The translations under genes and the position numbers were made by a program. A DNA stretch of 64,000 nt from Nemertoderma westbladi (taxonomy: Eukaryota; Animalia; Xenacoelomorpha): contig JAUCBJ010008517.1 of assembly GCA_032718475.1 (NCBI GenBank), positions 55,181 through 119,180 of the forward strand. Direction: 5' to 3'. The notes below the pieces were generated by a model. That model searched no databases, had not been told where the DNA came from, and was given only the letters and a program-made list of their open reading frames with translations. Every line of letters begins with the position of its first letter. Position 1 is the first letter of the stretch. Positions 54,001 to 64,000 of this stretch are shown here, piece by piece.

Positions 54001-54437
54001 CTAAATTGTTTATTGTTTTGGTTAGATTCAGTCCGTCTGTAACCTGTGTTTTTGGTGAAAACCTGGTATTCTTTACAAGGGGGTAACTTCAAAGTGAAAT
54101 ATAACGATAGAAAGTCTGTTCATATGGGCCACACAAGGGTAAACTCTCATCCCTGATTTTGGTAACTGCATCGGGTGAAATGTAACGAGAACATTATAGA
54201 CCAGTGGCCTAGGATGTTTGTGTATAAAGCGCATGGATTTCGGTTTGATATTATTTTGTTGTGTTTATTTAGGCTATGGACTGCGACTGCGAAACACACA
54301 ACGATATCATTGGCCAGCTGACCATAGGCGGTAATGTGAGTTTACCATTGTCTGCGGCCAATCACTGGCGAGCATTCAGGAAGACGCCAAGAAAGCAGGT
54401 CGCTGATTGGCACACTCTGGTCCCCCCAGAAAAATGA
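30034..54437 (+). CDS. Synaptotagmin (Syt4/11-like), complete, 463 aa; exons 30034-30067, 32234-32436, 33026-33123, 37447-38056, 41999-42119, 53372-53532, 54273-54437
   Basis: Exon lengths sum to 1392 nt with GT-AG junctions in matching phase. Architecture is short luminal N-terminus, TM helix, linker, C2A, C2B and terminal WHTL motif. KTRV, ALHF, GELLLSL and PRKQVADWH recall Syt4/11. Confidence 0.92.
30833..30955 (+). repeat. 10-bp minisatellite (CACATTGTTC)n, ~12 copies
   Basis: Direct reading. Confidence 0.95.
31081..31443 (+). repeat. 24-bp minisatellite GTGTGTGGGTGGCTAGTTCGGCCA x15
   Basis: Direct reading; nearly perfect copies. Confidence 0.97.
32234..32436 (+). CDS. Synaptotagmin exon 2 (TM helix)
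   Basis: Acceptor ttttatag|TT and donor GAG|gtaatg. Translates VAVIVGSCLAIVCVIVFSLVLFIVF followed by RWYKLRRR. Confidence 0.9.
33026..33123 (+). CDS. Synaptotagmin exon 3 (linker)
   Basis: Acceptor tttatcgcag|GTA and donor ACAG|gttggt. Bridges phase 0 to phase 2 as required. Confidence 0.82.
34847..36988. repeat. 63-bp minisatellite, ~34 copies, in synaptotagmin intron 3
   Basis: Unit AAGGAATGCCTGTTCACCACCATGGGTGATCTTCCACAGTAAACCCTTCCACTCTGTTTCCTA, with two interspersed subtypes. Confidence 0.96.
36989..37155 (-). mobile_element. Degenerate tRNA-derived SINE head adjoining the 63-bp array
   Basis: Minus strand shows A-box-like TGGTCTGTGG and B-box-like GATTCGATCC, then CCAACCCAGGCTTTCATC...GGTCGATAAA resembling SINE central domains. 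Confidence 0.4.
37447..38056 (+). CDS. Synaptotagmin exon 4 (linker plus C2A)
   Basis: Acceptor ttttttacag|A and donor CAG|gtttga. Contains LDPFIKVQLMP...KTRV...NPVYNETFQF...LDHDR...IGE. Confidence 0.95.
40981..41040 (-). ncRNA. Degenerate type I hammerhead ribozyme motif (same family as 21.7-22.0 kb)
   Basis: Minus strand reads gcactacaa-CTGATGA-ggcctaacaatcc-GAAAC-GCGC-GTA-tagcgc. Confidence 0.55.
41496..42005 (+). repeat. 34-bp tandem array (15 units) of the exon-5 splice acceptor
   Basis: Unit ttaatgtttgtttgtttattttag|TATCCGGata. The last unit is the real acceptor (AG 41997-41998). Confidence 0.96.
41999..42119 (+). CDS. Synaptotagmin exon 5 (C2B start)
   Basis: Translates YPAICGELLLSLTHKSDTNSLIVGVLKARNLSCRNITGLN. 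Donor AACG|gtgagt. Not present in the ORF track. Confidence 0.93.
43253..44501 (-). mobile_element. Internally deleted hAT DNA transposon with BED-finger transposase remnant
   Basis: 18-bp TIR TAGGGCTGGCAATCCCGG and perfect 8-bp TSD ATACTAAT (43245-43252, 44502-44509). ORF 44136-43687 has VW..F..C..C..STKGLHTHLKSVH and DGLPFS. A shifted frame continues to TITMDEWTS. Confidence 0.93.
44573..44811 (+). mobile_element. Partial copy of palindromic MITE family
   Basis: Matches 53083-53321 (inverted), 53880-54118 and part of 33424-33540. Confidence 0.65.
46240..48555 (+). repeat. 40-bp G-rich minisatellite, ~57 copies, in synaptotagmin intron 5
   Basis: Unit GTCCGGGGGCTACTGT(C/G)TGGGGGTTAGTATCCGTGGGATT, with 41- and 43-bp variants. 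Confidence 0.96.
49186..49871. mobile_element. PIF/Harbinger (Tourist-like) MITE
   Basis: 22-bp TIR GGGGCCGTCCAAGTATGACGTC and 3-bp TSD TTA on both sides. Confidence 0.88.
50325..50600 (-). mobile_element. Old degraded fragment of the same RTE LINE family
   Basis: ATGCACTGGCTGTTCCTCACGGCGAAAGCCATGTCCTGCAAAGCGG and CCCATGCCTTGCCCTTACGTAT match 23930-24290. Confidence 0.7.
53083..53321 (-). mobile_element. Partial copy of palindromic MITE family
   Basis: Reverse complement of 44573-44811. Confidence 0.65.
53372..53532 (+). CDS. Synaptotagmin exon 6 (C2B)
   Basis: Acceptor ccctatcccag|AT and donor ACG|gttagt. Translates DPYVLVTM...LNPIYNETLTFKLP...FTIT. Confidence 0.93.
53760..54118. mobile_element. 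MITE with ~110-bp imperfect terminal inverted repeats
   Basis: CAGACT...TTTCACTTTG...GAATACCAGGTTTTCAC...AACCAAAACAATAAA is mirrored at 54010-54118. Confidence 0.75.
54273..54437 (+). CDS. Synaptotagmin last exon
   Basis: Acceptor gtttatttag|GCT. Translates AMDCDCETHNDIIGQLTIG...HWRAFRKTPRKQVADWHTLVPPEK then TGA. Confidence 0.94.
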   Translation, partial: AMDCDCETHNDIIGQLTIGGNVSLPLSAANHWRAFRKTPRKQVADWHTLVPPEK

Positions 54438-54720
54438 ATTCCAACAAGGAGTATCATTATTATAGACCAACGTTCCCTTAGGAATGGATAGAATTACATG
54501 CACTCCCAAATTATTATGAGTGTGCTGTGCATTGTGTAATGTATATGTTTACATGTTGTATCAATTTGCCGCCACTCTTGGTTGAATTCTCACAATGTTT
54601 CGGCGAAATAATATAGCTACTTTTTTCTGTTAAACTGAAACTTTATCCATGGACACCGAAATGTTTACTAACTATCCTGGATGTTTAAAGACCTGTGGAA
54701 GAAGAGTTTCCGAATCGAAT

Positions 54721-54813
54721 GCGATTGTAAATAAATGTTGTTACGAAACTTGCGTTTGTAAATAAATGTTGTTACGAAACTTGCGATTGTAAATAATTGT
54801 TGTTACGAAACTT
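54721..54813 (+). repeat. 31-bp triple repeat containing candidate poly(A) signals
   Basis: GCGATTGTAAATAAATGTTGTTACGAAACTT x3. AATAAA at 54730 and 54761; third copy has AATAAT. Confidence 0.8.
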
Positions 54814-55620
54814 TGAACAATTACTTAATGGTCGAACGTCTTGTATGTTATATAAAACATTATTTTCCTCTTTATTTTGCTCTTTTATAATAATTCATTA
54901 ATGGTCGTATGTAAAGTGCAGTTTTGGGCACATGCTATATGGTTTTAACAGTAGTGCCGTGTAGAGAAACGGTCTTGTGTTTATGGTTCGTGACTTAACT
55001 AATTGTAAGGCTATCTTTATAAAATTCATTATAGTATAACGATCACATCGTGACCATAGTGACAGAACAACACAGACTAAAAGTACCGTTTAGATAAAAA
55101 CTGATGAGCAATTATTAAATTAGGCGCTGGCTATCAGAATACGGCTCTGGGACTTTAACATATGATGCATAACGTTTTTTTTTCATATAAATTTAGTATA
55201 AATTAATTTAATTAATTTACTTTTAATTAATTTATTTTTAATTAATTTAACTAATTAATTTAATTTAATTTTTTGGTCTGGCTCTATGGTCACTATATAT
55301 GCAGATATGATATTGTACGGTGACATTTTAAGTTCCACCCAACCGTAATGGTTAACGAGTTTCCACTGGGGAGTGTAGTTCTGGGGGGACCGCACTGGAA
55401 ACTCGTCGTAAAACTTCATGCGTAATCCCTGGCCTAACGGCCGAATGAAACTTTACTTTTTAACATTTGTCAAGTAAATTATTATTATTATTTCACTTTT
55501 ATTTATATATTGACCCCGCTGTTATAAATGTCGATTATTGTGCTACAGTAACCTTTTGAATGTCTGTCTGTCGATAGTCCTTATAGTTTCTGATGTAGGC
55601 CTGGCATACAATATAAATAT

Positions 55621-55990
55621 ATTGTGTCAAGTACAATGCACACATCTCCAACCAGACACTATATAACATTGGAGGTGTCTCATTGGTTCCCCCAAGCTTG
55701 ACACTAGAACAAAATCGCCTCCGCTTTGCAGGACATTGCTTTCGCCGTGAGGACCAGCCGGTGCATAGTCTTGTACTTTGGCAGCCTCATGGAGTGAATA
55801 AGCATGGTGGACAGCCCATGACTTTCTTGAGACGCATTTTAGAGGACACTGGCCTTGAAGTTGCGGATGATCTAGCAAATGTCATGGGTGATAGGGAGTT
55901 GTGGCGGCGCAATTTTGTCGATAAGCCGGCACAGCATTCTTAAAAATGCAGCTGCAATGCAGCATGCCGATCCTAGTAGTAGTAGTAGTC
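55621..55990 (+). mobile_element. Short 3' fragment of RTE LINE
   Basis: Near-identical to 26555-26910 and ends in a (TAG)n tail. Confidence 0.9.
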
Positions 55991-56727
55991 CTAGTATACA
56001 ATATAAACAAACTTTGCTTTATATGAAGTACCAGTACCCGACTAATTTTGTATCGCAAACCTGGTGCTAGGCCTACTTCACGAACAAGTATGCACAGTAT
56101 AGTTATTGTTTACCGGTAATTTAACTGTGTCCTACTTATTGTAACTATTTCTTAATAATATTGAGTTTCTAAATTTGTAAAAGTTTACCTTGTTGTAATT
56201 TAGTGAACTGTAACGATATTCCGATATTTCTACAATTTGATTTCATTAACGGCTGGTCGTGATTTTATTCGCATTTATTTGTATAAATATCAAACGAATT
56301 TATTCAACGATTTGGATATTTGCGACAAGTGATTTTAGGCTAACTCGTACTCTTTACCCTCCGTCTGTTTGTGCTATTATTTACGGTCATCATAATTAAT
56401 TAAATAAAATAGTTATTGTGGCTAATAAAATAAATAGACATACTAAAATTTAAATATTTTCCAATTATAGTTAAATTATGTAACGTATTTAATTATCAAG
56501 CCAGTAGAAACTTCAACCGTAGGCCTAAGTATATGTATAAACAGCGACAAAGAAAAATTACAATTGGGATCAAACGTTGGATGCAATCTGTGTTAGGGCG
56601 TCAGTAGAGAGGAGTTCCAAAGGGAGACGAAACAAGCGCCATGAAAATTATTATTCTTGCTTTGCTTTGAAAAGAAAATAATAACTTAATTATTTATAGC
56701 TTAAAATTCATAAGCCCTTTTTCCAAA

Positions 56728-59700
56728 TGGGAACTTATTTCAGAAACTATTGGGAACTTCTTTCAGAAACTATTGGGAACTTCTTTCAGAAACTATTGGG
56801 AACTTCTTTCAGAAACTATTGGGAACTTCTTTCAGAAACTATTGGGAACTTCTTTCAGAAACTATTGGGAAATTCATTCAGAAACTATTGGGAACTTCTT
56901 TCAGAAACTATTGGGAACTTCATTCAGAAACTATTGGGAACTTCTTTCAGAAACTATTGGGAACTTCTTACAGAAACTATTGGGAACTTCTTTCAGAAAC
57001 TATTGGGAACTTCATTCAGAATCTATTGGGAACTTCTTTCAGAAACTATTGGGAACTTCTTTCAGAAACTATTGGGAACTTCTTTCAGAATCTATTGGGA
57101 ACTTCTTTCAGAAACTATTGGGAACTTCTTTCAGAAACTATTGGGAACTTCTTACAGAAACTATTGGGAACTTCATTCAGAAACTATTGGGAACTTCTTT
57201 CAGAAACTATTGGGAACTTCATTCAGAAACTATTGGGAACTTCTTTCAGAAACTATTGGGAACTTCATTCAGAAACTATTGGGAACTTCTTTCAGAAACT
57301 ATTGGGAACTTCTTACAGAAACTATTGGGAACTTCATTCAGAAACTATTGGGAACTTCTTTCAGAATCTATTGGGAACTTCTTTCAGAATCTATTGGGAA
57401 CTTCTTTCAGAAACTATTGGGAACTTCTTTCAGAAACTATTGGGAACTTCTTTCAGAATCTATTGGGAACTTCTTTCAGAAACTATTGGGAACTTCTTTC
57501 AGAAACTATTGGGAACTTCTTACAGAAACTATTGGGAACTTCATTCAGAAACTATTGGGAACTTCTTTCAGAAACTATTGGGAACTTCATTCAGAAACTA
57601 TTGGGAACTTCTTTCAGAAACTATTGGGAACTTCATTCAGAAACTATTGGGAACTTCTTTCAGAAACTATTGGGAACTTCTTACTGAAACTATTGGGAAC
57701 TTCATTCAGAAACTATTGGGAACTTCTTTCAGAAACTATTGGGAACTTCATTCAGAAACTATTGGGAACTTCTTTCAGAAACTATTGGGAACTTCTTACA
57801 GAAACTATTGGGAACTTCTTTCAGAAACTATTGGGAACTTCTTTCAGAAACTATTGGGAACTTCTTTCAGAAACTATTGGGAACTTCTTTCAGAAACTAT
57901 TGGGAACTTCTTACAGAAACTATTGGGAACTTCTTTCAGAAACTATTGGGAACTTCTTTCAGAAACTATTGGGAACTTCTTACAGAAACTATTGGGAACT
58001 TCATTCAGAAACTATTGGGAACTTCTTTCAGAAACTATTGGGAACTTCTTTCAGAAACTATTGGGAACTTCTTTCAGAAACTATTGGGAACTTCTTTCAG
58101 AAACTATTGGGAACTTCTTTCAGAAACTATTGGGAACTTCTTTCAGAAACTATTGGGAACTTCTTTCAGAAACTATTGGGAACTTCTTACTGAAACTATT
58201 GGGAACTTCATTCAGAAACTATTGGGAACTTCATTCAGAAACTATTGGGAACTTCATTCAGAAACTATTGGGAACTTCTTTCAGAAACTATTGGGAACTT
58301 CTTACAGAAACTATTGGGAACTTCTTTCAGAAACTATTGGGAACTTCTTTCAGAAACTATTGGGAACTTCTTACAGAAACTATTGGGAACTTCATTCAGA
58401 AACTATTGGGAACTTCTTTCAGAAACTATTGGGAACTTCTTTCAGAAACTATTGGGAACTTCTTACAGAATCTATTGGGAACTTCTTTCAGAAACTATTG
58501 GGAACTTCTTACAGAATCTATTGGGAACTTCTTTCAGAAACTATTGGGAACTTCTTTCAGAAACTATTGGGAACTTCTTACAGAAACTATTGGGAACTTC
58601 TTTCAGAAACTATTGGGAACTTCTTTCAGAAACTATTGGGAACTTCTTACAGAATCTATTGGGAACTTCTTTCAGAAACTATTGGGAACTTCTTTCAGAA
58701 ACTATTGGGAACTTCTTACAGAAACTATTGGGAACTTCTTTCAGAAACTATTGGGAACTTCTTACAGACACTATTGGGAACTTCTTTCAGAAACTATTGG
58801 GAACTTCATTCAGAAACTATTGGGAACTTCTTTCAGAAACTATTGGGAACTTCATTCAGAAACTATTGGGAACTTCTTTCAGAAACTATTGGGAACTTCT
58901 TTCAGAAACTATTGGGAACTTCTTACAGACACTATTGGGAACTTCTTTCAGAATCTATTGGGAACTTCATTCAGAAACTATTGGGAACTTCTTTCAGAAA
59001 CTATTGGGAACTTCATTCAGAAACTATTGGGAACTTCTTTCAGAATCTATTGGGAACTTCATTCAGAAACTATTGGGAACTTCTTTCAGAAACTATTGGG
59101 AACTTCTTTCAGAAACTATTGGGAACTTCATTCAGAAACTATTGGGAACTTCTTTCAGAAACTATTGGGAACTTCTTTCAGAAACTATTGGGAACTTCTT
59201 TCAGAAACTATTGGGAACTTCATTCAGAAACTATTGGGAACTTCTTTCAGAAACTATTGGGAACTTCATTCAGAAACTATTGGGAACTTCTTTCAGAAAC
59301 TATTGGGAACTTCTTTCAGAAACTATTGGGAACTTCTTTCAGAAACTATTGGGAACTTCATTCAGAAACTATTGGGAACTTCTTTCAAAAACTATTGGGA
59401 ACTTCTTTCAGAAACTATTGGGAACTTCTTTCAGAAACTATTGGGAACTTCATTCAGAAACTATTGGGAACTTCTTTCAGAAACTATTGGGAACTTCATT
59501 CAGAAACTATTGGGAACTTCTTTCAGAAACTATTGGGAACTTCTTTCAGAATCTATTGGGAACTTCTTTCAGAAACTATTGGGAACTTCTTTCAGAAACT
59601 ATTGGGAACTTCATTCAGAAACTATTGGGAACTTCTTTCAGAAACTATTGGGAACTTCTTTCAGAAACTATTGGGAACTTCTTACAGACACTATTGGGAA

Positions 59701-62700
59701 CTTCTTTCAGAATCTATTGGGAACTTCATTCAGAAACTATTGGGAACTTCTTTCAGAAACTATTGGGAACTTCATTCAGAAACTATTGGGAACTTCTTTC
59801 AGAATCTATTGGGAACTTCATTCAGAAACTATTGGGAACTTCTTTCAGAAACTATTGGGAACTTCTTTCAGAAACTATTGGGAACTTCATTCAGAAACTA
59901 TTGGGAACTTCTTTCAGAAACTATTGGGAACTTCTTTCAGAAACTATTGGGAACTTCTTTCAGAAACTATTGGGAACTTCATTCAGAAACTATTGGGAAC
60001 TTCTTTCAGAAACTATTGGGAACTTCTTACAGAAACTATTGGGAACTTCTTTCAGAAACTATTGGGAACTTCTTACAGAAACTATTGGGAACTTCTTTCA
60101 GAAACTATTGGGAACTTCTTACAGAATCTATTGGGAACTTCTTACAGACACTATTGGGAACTTCTTACAGAATCTATTGGGAACTTCATTCAGAAACTAT
60201 TGGGAACTTCTTTCAGAAACTATTGGGAACTTCTTTCAGAAACTATTGGGAACTTCTTACAGAATCTATTGGGAACTTCTTACAGACACTATTGGGAACT
60301 TCTTTCAGAAACTATTGGGAACTTCTTTCAGAAACTATTGGGAACTTCTTTCAGAAACTATTGGGAACTTCATTCAGAAACTATTGGGAACTTCTTTCAG
60401 AAACTATTGGGAACATCTTACAGAATCTATTGGGAACTTCTTTCAGAAACTATTGGGAACTTCTTACAGAATCTATTGGGAACTTCTTTCAGAAACTATT
60501 GGGAACTTCTTTCAGAAACTATTGGGAACTTCTTACAGAAACTATTGGGAACTTCTTACAGAATCTATTGGGAACTTCTTTCAGAAACTATTGGGAACTT
60601 CTTTCAGAAACTATTGGGAACCTCTTTCAGAAACTATTGGGAACTTCTTACAGAATCTATTGGGAACTTCTTTCAGAAACTATTGGGAACTTCTTTCAGA
60701 AACTATTGGGAACTTCTTTCAGAAACTATTGGGAACTTCTTACAGACACTATTGGGAACTTCTTTCAGAAACTATTGGGAACTTCATTCAGAAACTATTG
60801 GGAACTTCATTCAGAAACTATTGGGAACTTCATTCAGAAACTATTGGGAACTTCATTCAGAAACTATTGGGAACTTCATTCAGAAACTATTGGGAACTTC
60901 TTACAGACACTATTGGGAACTTCTTTCAGAAACTATTGGGAACTTCTTTCAGAAACTATTGGGAACTTCTTTCAGAAACTATTGGGAACTTCATTCAGAA
61001 ACTATTGGGAACTTCATTCAGAAACTATTGGGAACTTCATTCAGAAACTATTGGGAACTTCTTTCAGAAACTATTGGGAACTTCTTACAGACACTATTGG
61101 GAACTTCTTTCAGAAACTATTGGGAACTTCATTCAGAAACTATTGGGAACTTCATTCAGAAACTATTGGGAACTTCATTCAGAAACTATTGGGAACTTCT
61201 TTCAGAAACTATTGGGAACTTCTTACAGACACTATTGGGAACTTCTTTCAGAAACTATTGGGAACTTCTTTCAGAAACTATTGGGAACTTCTTTCAGAAA
61301 CTAATGGGAACTTCTTTCAGAATCTATTGGTAACTTCTTTCAGAAACTATTGGGAACTTCTTTCAGAATCTATTGGGAACTTCTTTCAGAAACTATTGGG
61401 AACTTCTTTCAGAAACTATTGGGAACTTCTTACAGAATCTATTGGGAACTTCTTTCAGAAACTATTGGGAACTTCTTTCAGAAACTATTGGGAACTTCTT
61501 TCAGAAACTATTGGGAACTTCTTTCAGAACCTATTGGGAACTTCTTTCAGAAACTATTGGGAACTTCTTTCAGAAACTATTGGGAACTTCTTTCAGAAAC
61601 TATTGGGAACTTCATTCAGAAACTATTGGGAACTTCTTACAGAATCTATTGGGAACTTCTTACAGAATCTATTGGGAACTTCTTTCAGAAACTTTTGGGA
61701 ACTTCTTTCAGAAACTATTGGGAACTTCTTTCAGAAACTATTGGGAACTTCATTCAGAAACTATTGGGAACTTCTTTCAGAAACTATTGGGAACTTCTTA
61801 CAGAATCTATTGGGAACTTCTTTCAGAAACTAGTGGGAACTTCTTTCAGAATCTATTGGGAACTTCTTTCAGAATCTATTGGGAACTTCTTTCAGAAACT
61901 AGTGGGAACTTCTTTCAGAATCTATTGGGAACTTCTTTCAGAAACTATTGGGAACTTCTTTCAGAAACTATTGGGAACTTCTTTCAGAAACTATTGGGAA
62001 CTTCTTTCAGAAACTATTGGGAACTTCTTTCAGAAACTATTGGGAACTTCTTTCAGAAACTATTGGGAACTTCATTCAGAAACTATTGGGAACTTCTTTC
62101 AGAAACTATTGGGAACTTCTTTCAGAAACTATTGGGAACTTCTTTCAGAAACTATTGGGAACTTCATTCAGAAACTATTGGGAACTTCTTTCAGAAACTA
62201 TTGGGAACTTCATTCAGAAACTATTGGGAACTTCTTTCAGAAACTATTGGGAACTTCTTTCAGAAACTATTGGGAACTTCTTTCAGAAACTATTGGGAAC
62301 TTCATTCAGAAACTATTGGGAACTTCTTTCAAAAACTATTGGGAACTTCTTTCAGAAACTATTGGGAACTTCTTTCAGAAACTATTGGGAACTTCATTCA
62401 GAAACTATTGGGAACTTCTTTCAGAAACTATTGGGAACTTCATTCAGAAACTATTGGGAACTTCTTTCAGAAACTATTGGGAACTTCTTTCAGAATCTAT
62501 TGGGAACTTCTTTCAGAAACTATTGGGAACTTCTTTCAGAAACTATTGGGAACTTCATTCAGAAACTATTGGGAACTTCTTTCAGAAACTATTGGGAACT
62601 TCTTTCAGAAACTATTGGGAACTTCTTACAGACACTATTGGGAACTTCTTTCAGAATCTATTGGGAACTTCATTCAGAAACTATTGGGAACTTCTTTCAG

Positions 62701-64000
62701 AAACTATTGGGAACTTCATTCAGAAACTATTGGGAACTTCTTTCAGAATCTATTGGGAACTTCATTCAGAAACTATTGGGAACTTCTTTCAGAAACTATT
62801 GGGAACTTCTTTCAGAAACTATTGGGAACTTCATTCAGAAACTATTGGGAACTTCTTTCAGAAACTATTGGGAACTTCTTTCAGAAACTATTGGGAACTT
62901 CTTTCAGAAACTATTGGGAACTTCATTCAGAAACTATTGGGAACTTCTTTCAGAAACTATTGGGAACTTCTTACAGAAACTATTGGGAACTTCTTTCAGA
63001 AACTATTGGGAACTTCTTACAGAAACTATTGGGAACTTCTTTCAGAAACTATTGGGAACTTCTTACAGAATCTATTGGGAACTTCTTACAGACACTATTG
63101 GGAACTTCTTACAGAATCTATTGGGAACTTCATTCAGAAACTATTGGGAACTTCTTTCAGAAACTATTGGGAACTTCTTTCAGAAACTATTGGGAACTTC
63201 TTACAGAATCTATTGGGAACTTCTTACAGACACTATTGGGAACTTCTTTCAGAAACTATTGGGAACTTCTTTCAGAAACTATTGGGAACTTCTTTCAGAA
63301 ACTATTGGGAACTTCATTCAGAAACTATTGGGAACTTCTTTCAGAAACTATTGGGAACATCTTACAGAATCTATTGGGAACTTCTTTCAGAAACTATTGG
63401 GAACTTCTTACAGAATCTATTGGGAACTTCTTTCAGAAACTATTGGGAACTTCTTTCAGAAACTATTGGGAACTTCTTACAGAAACTATTGGGAACTTCT
63501 TACAGAATCTATTGGGAACTTCTTTCAGAAACTATTGGGAACTTCTTTCAGAAACTATTGGGAACCTCTTTCAGAAACTATTGGGAACTTCTTACAGAAT
63601 CTATTGGGAACTTCTTTCAGAAACTATTGGGAACTTCTTTCAGAAACTATTGGGAACTTCTTTCAGAAACTATTGGGAACTTCTTACAGACACTATTGGG
63701 AACTTCTTTCAGAAACTATTGGGAACTTCATTCAGAAACTATTGGGAACTTCATTCAGAAACTATTGGGAACTTCATTCAGAAACTATTGGGAACTTCAT
63801 TCAGAAACTATTGGGAACTTCATTCAGAAACTATTGGGAACTTCTTACAGACACTATTGGGAACTTCTTTCAGAAACTATTGGGAACTTCTTTCAGAAAC
63901 TATTGGGAACTTCTTTCAGAAACTATTGGGAACTTCATTCAGAAACTATTGGGAACTTCATTCAGAAACTATTGGGAACTTCATTCAGAAACTATTGGGA
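56728..64000 (+). repeat. 23-bp tandem satellite (>=315 copies, open at window end)
   Basis: Unit TGGGAACTTCTTTCAGAAACTAT, with variants TTCATTCAG, CTTACAG, AATCTAT and ACACTAT. Confidence 0.97.

Noticed and set aside
56727-61833. 1000-1500 aa ORFs of GTSFRNYWELLSETIGNFFQKLL repeats
   Set aside because: The same peptide appears in all three frames because the unit is 23 bp; this is a satellite translation.
1-64000. CRISPR arrays or a prokaryotic defence system
   Set aside because: Repeats are head-to-tail with no unique spacers, no cas genes are present, and the DNA is spliceosomal-intron eukaryotic.

Overview
This is AT-rich, intron-containing animal (probably invertebrate) DNA with two divergent spliced genes that I assembled by hand with phase-consistent GT-AG junctions. 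(1) A mitoguardin (MIGA/FAM73)-like gene on the minus strand starts at ATG 21546, has seven coding exons down to 12895, and continues past the left edge of the window. (2) A complete synaptotagmin-4/11-like gene on the plus strand runs 30034-54437 (7 exons, 463 aa). The window also holds RTE-clade LINE fragments, a deleted hAT element with an 8-bp TSD, several MITEs, tRNA-derived SINE-like elements that carry hammerhead ribozyme remnants, and many tandem arrays. The main observation is that several tandem arrays are amplified intron-exon junctions. The >12.8-kb 44-bp satellite unit is a 3' splice site plus the first codons of the next mitoguardin exon (RGVVSLSFYDIV, in the correct phase). A 34-bp array consists of 15 copies of the synaptotagmin exon-5 acceptor. 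A 36-bp array and the >7-kb 23-bp satellite also look like acceptor arrays. The very long ORFs in the ORF track are translations of these satellites, not genes.
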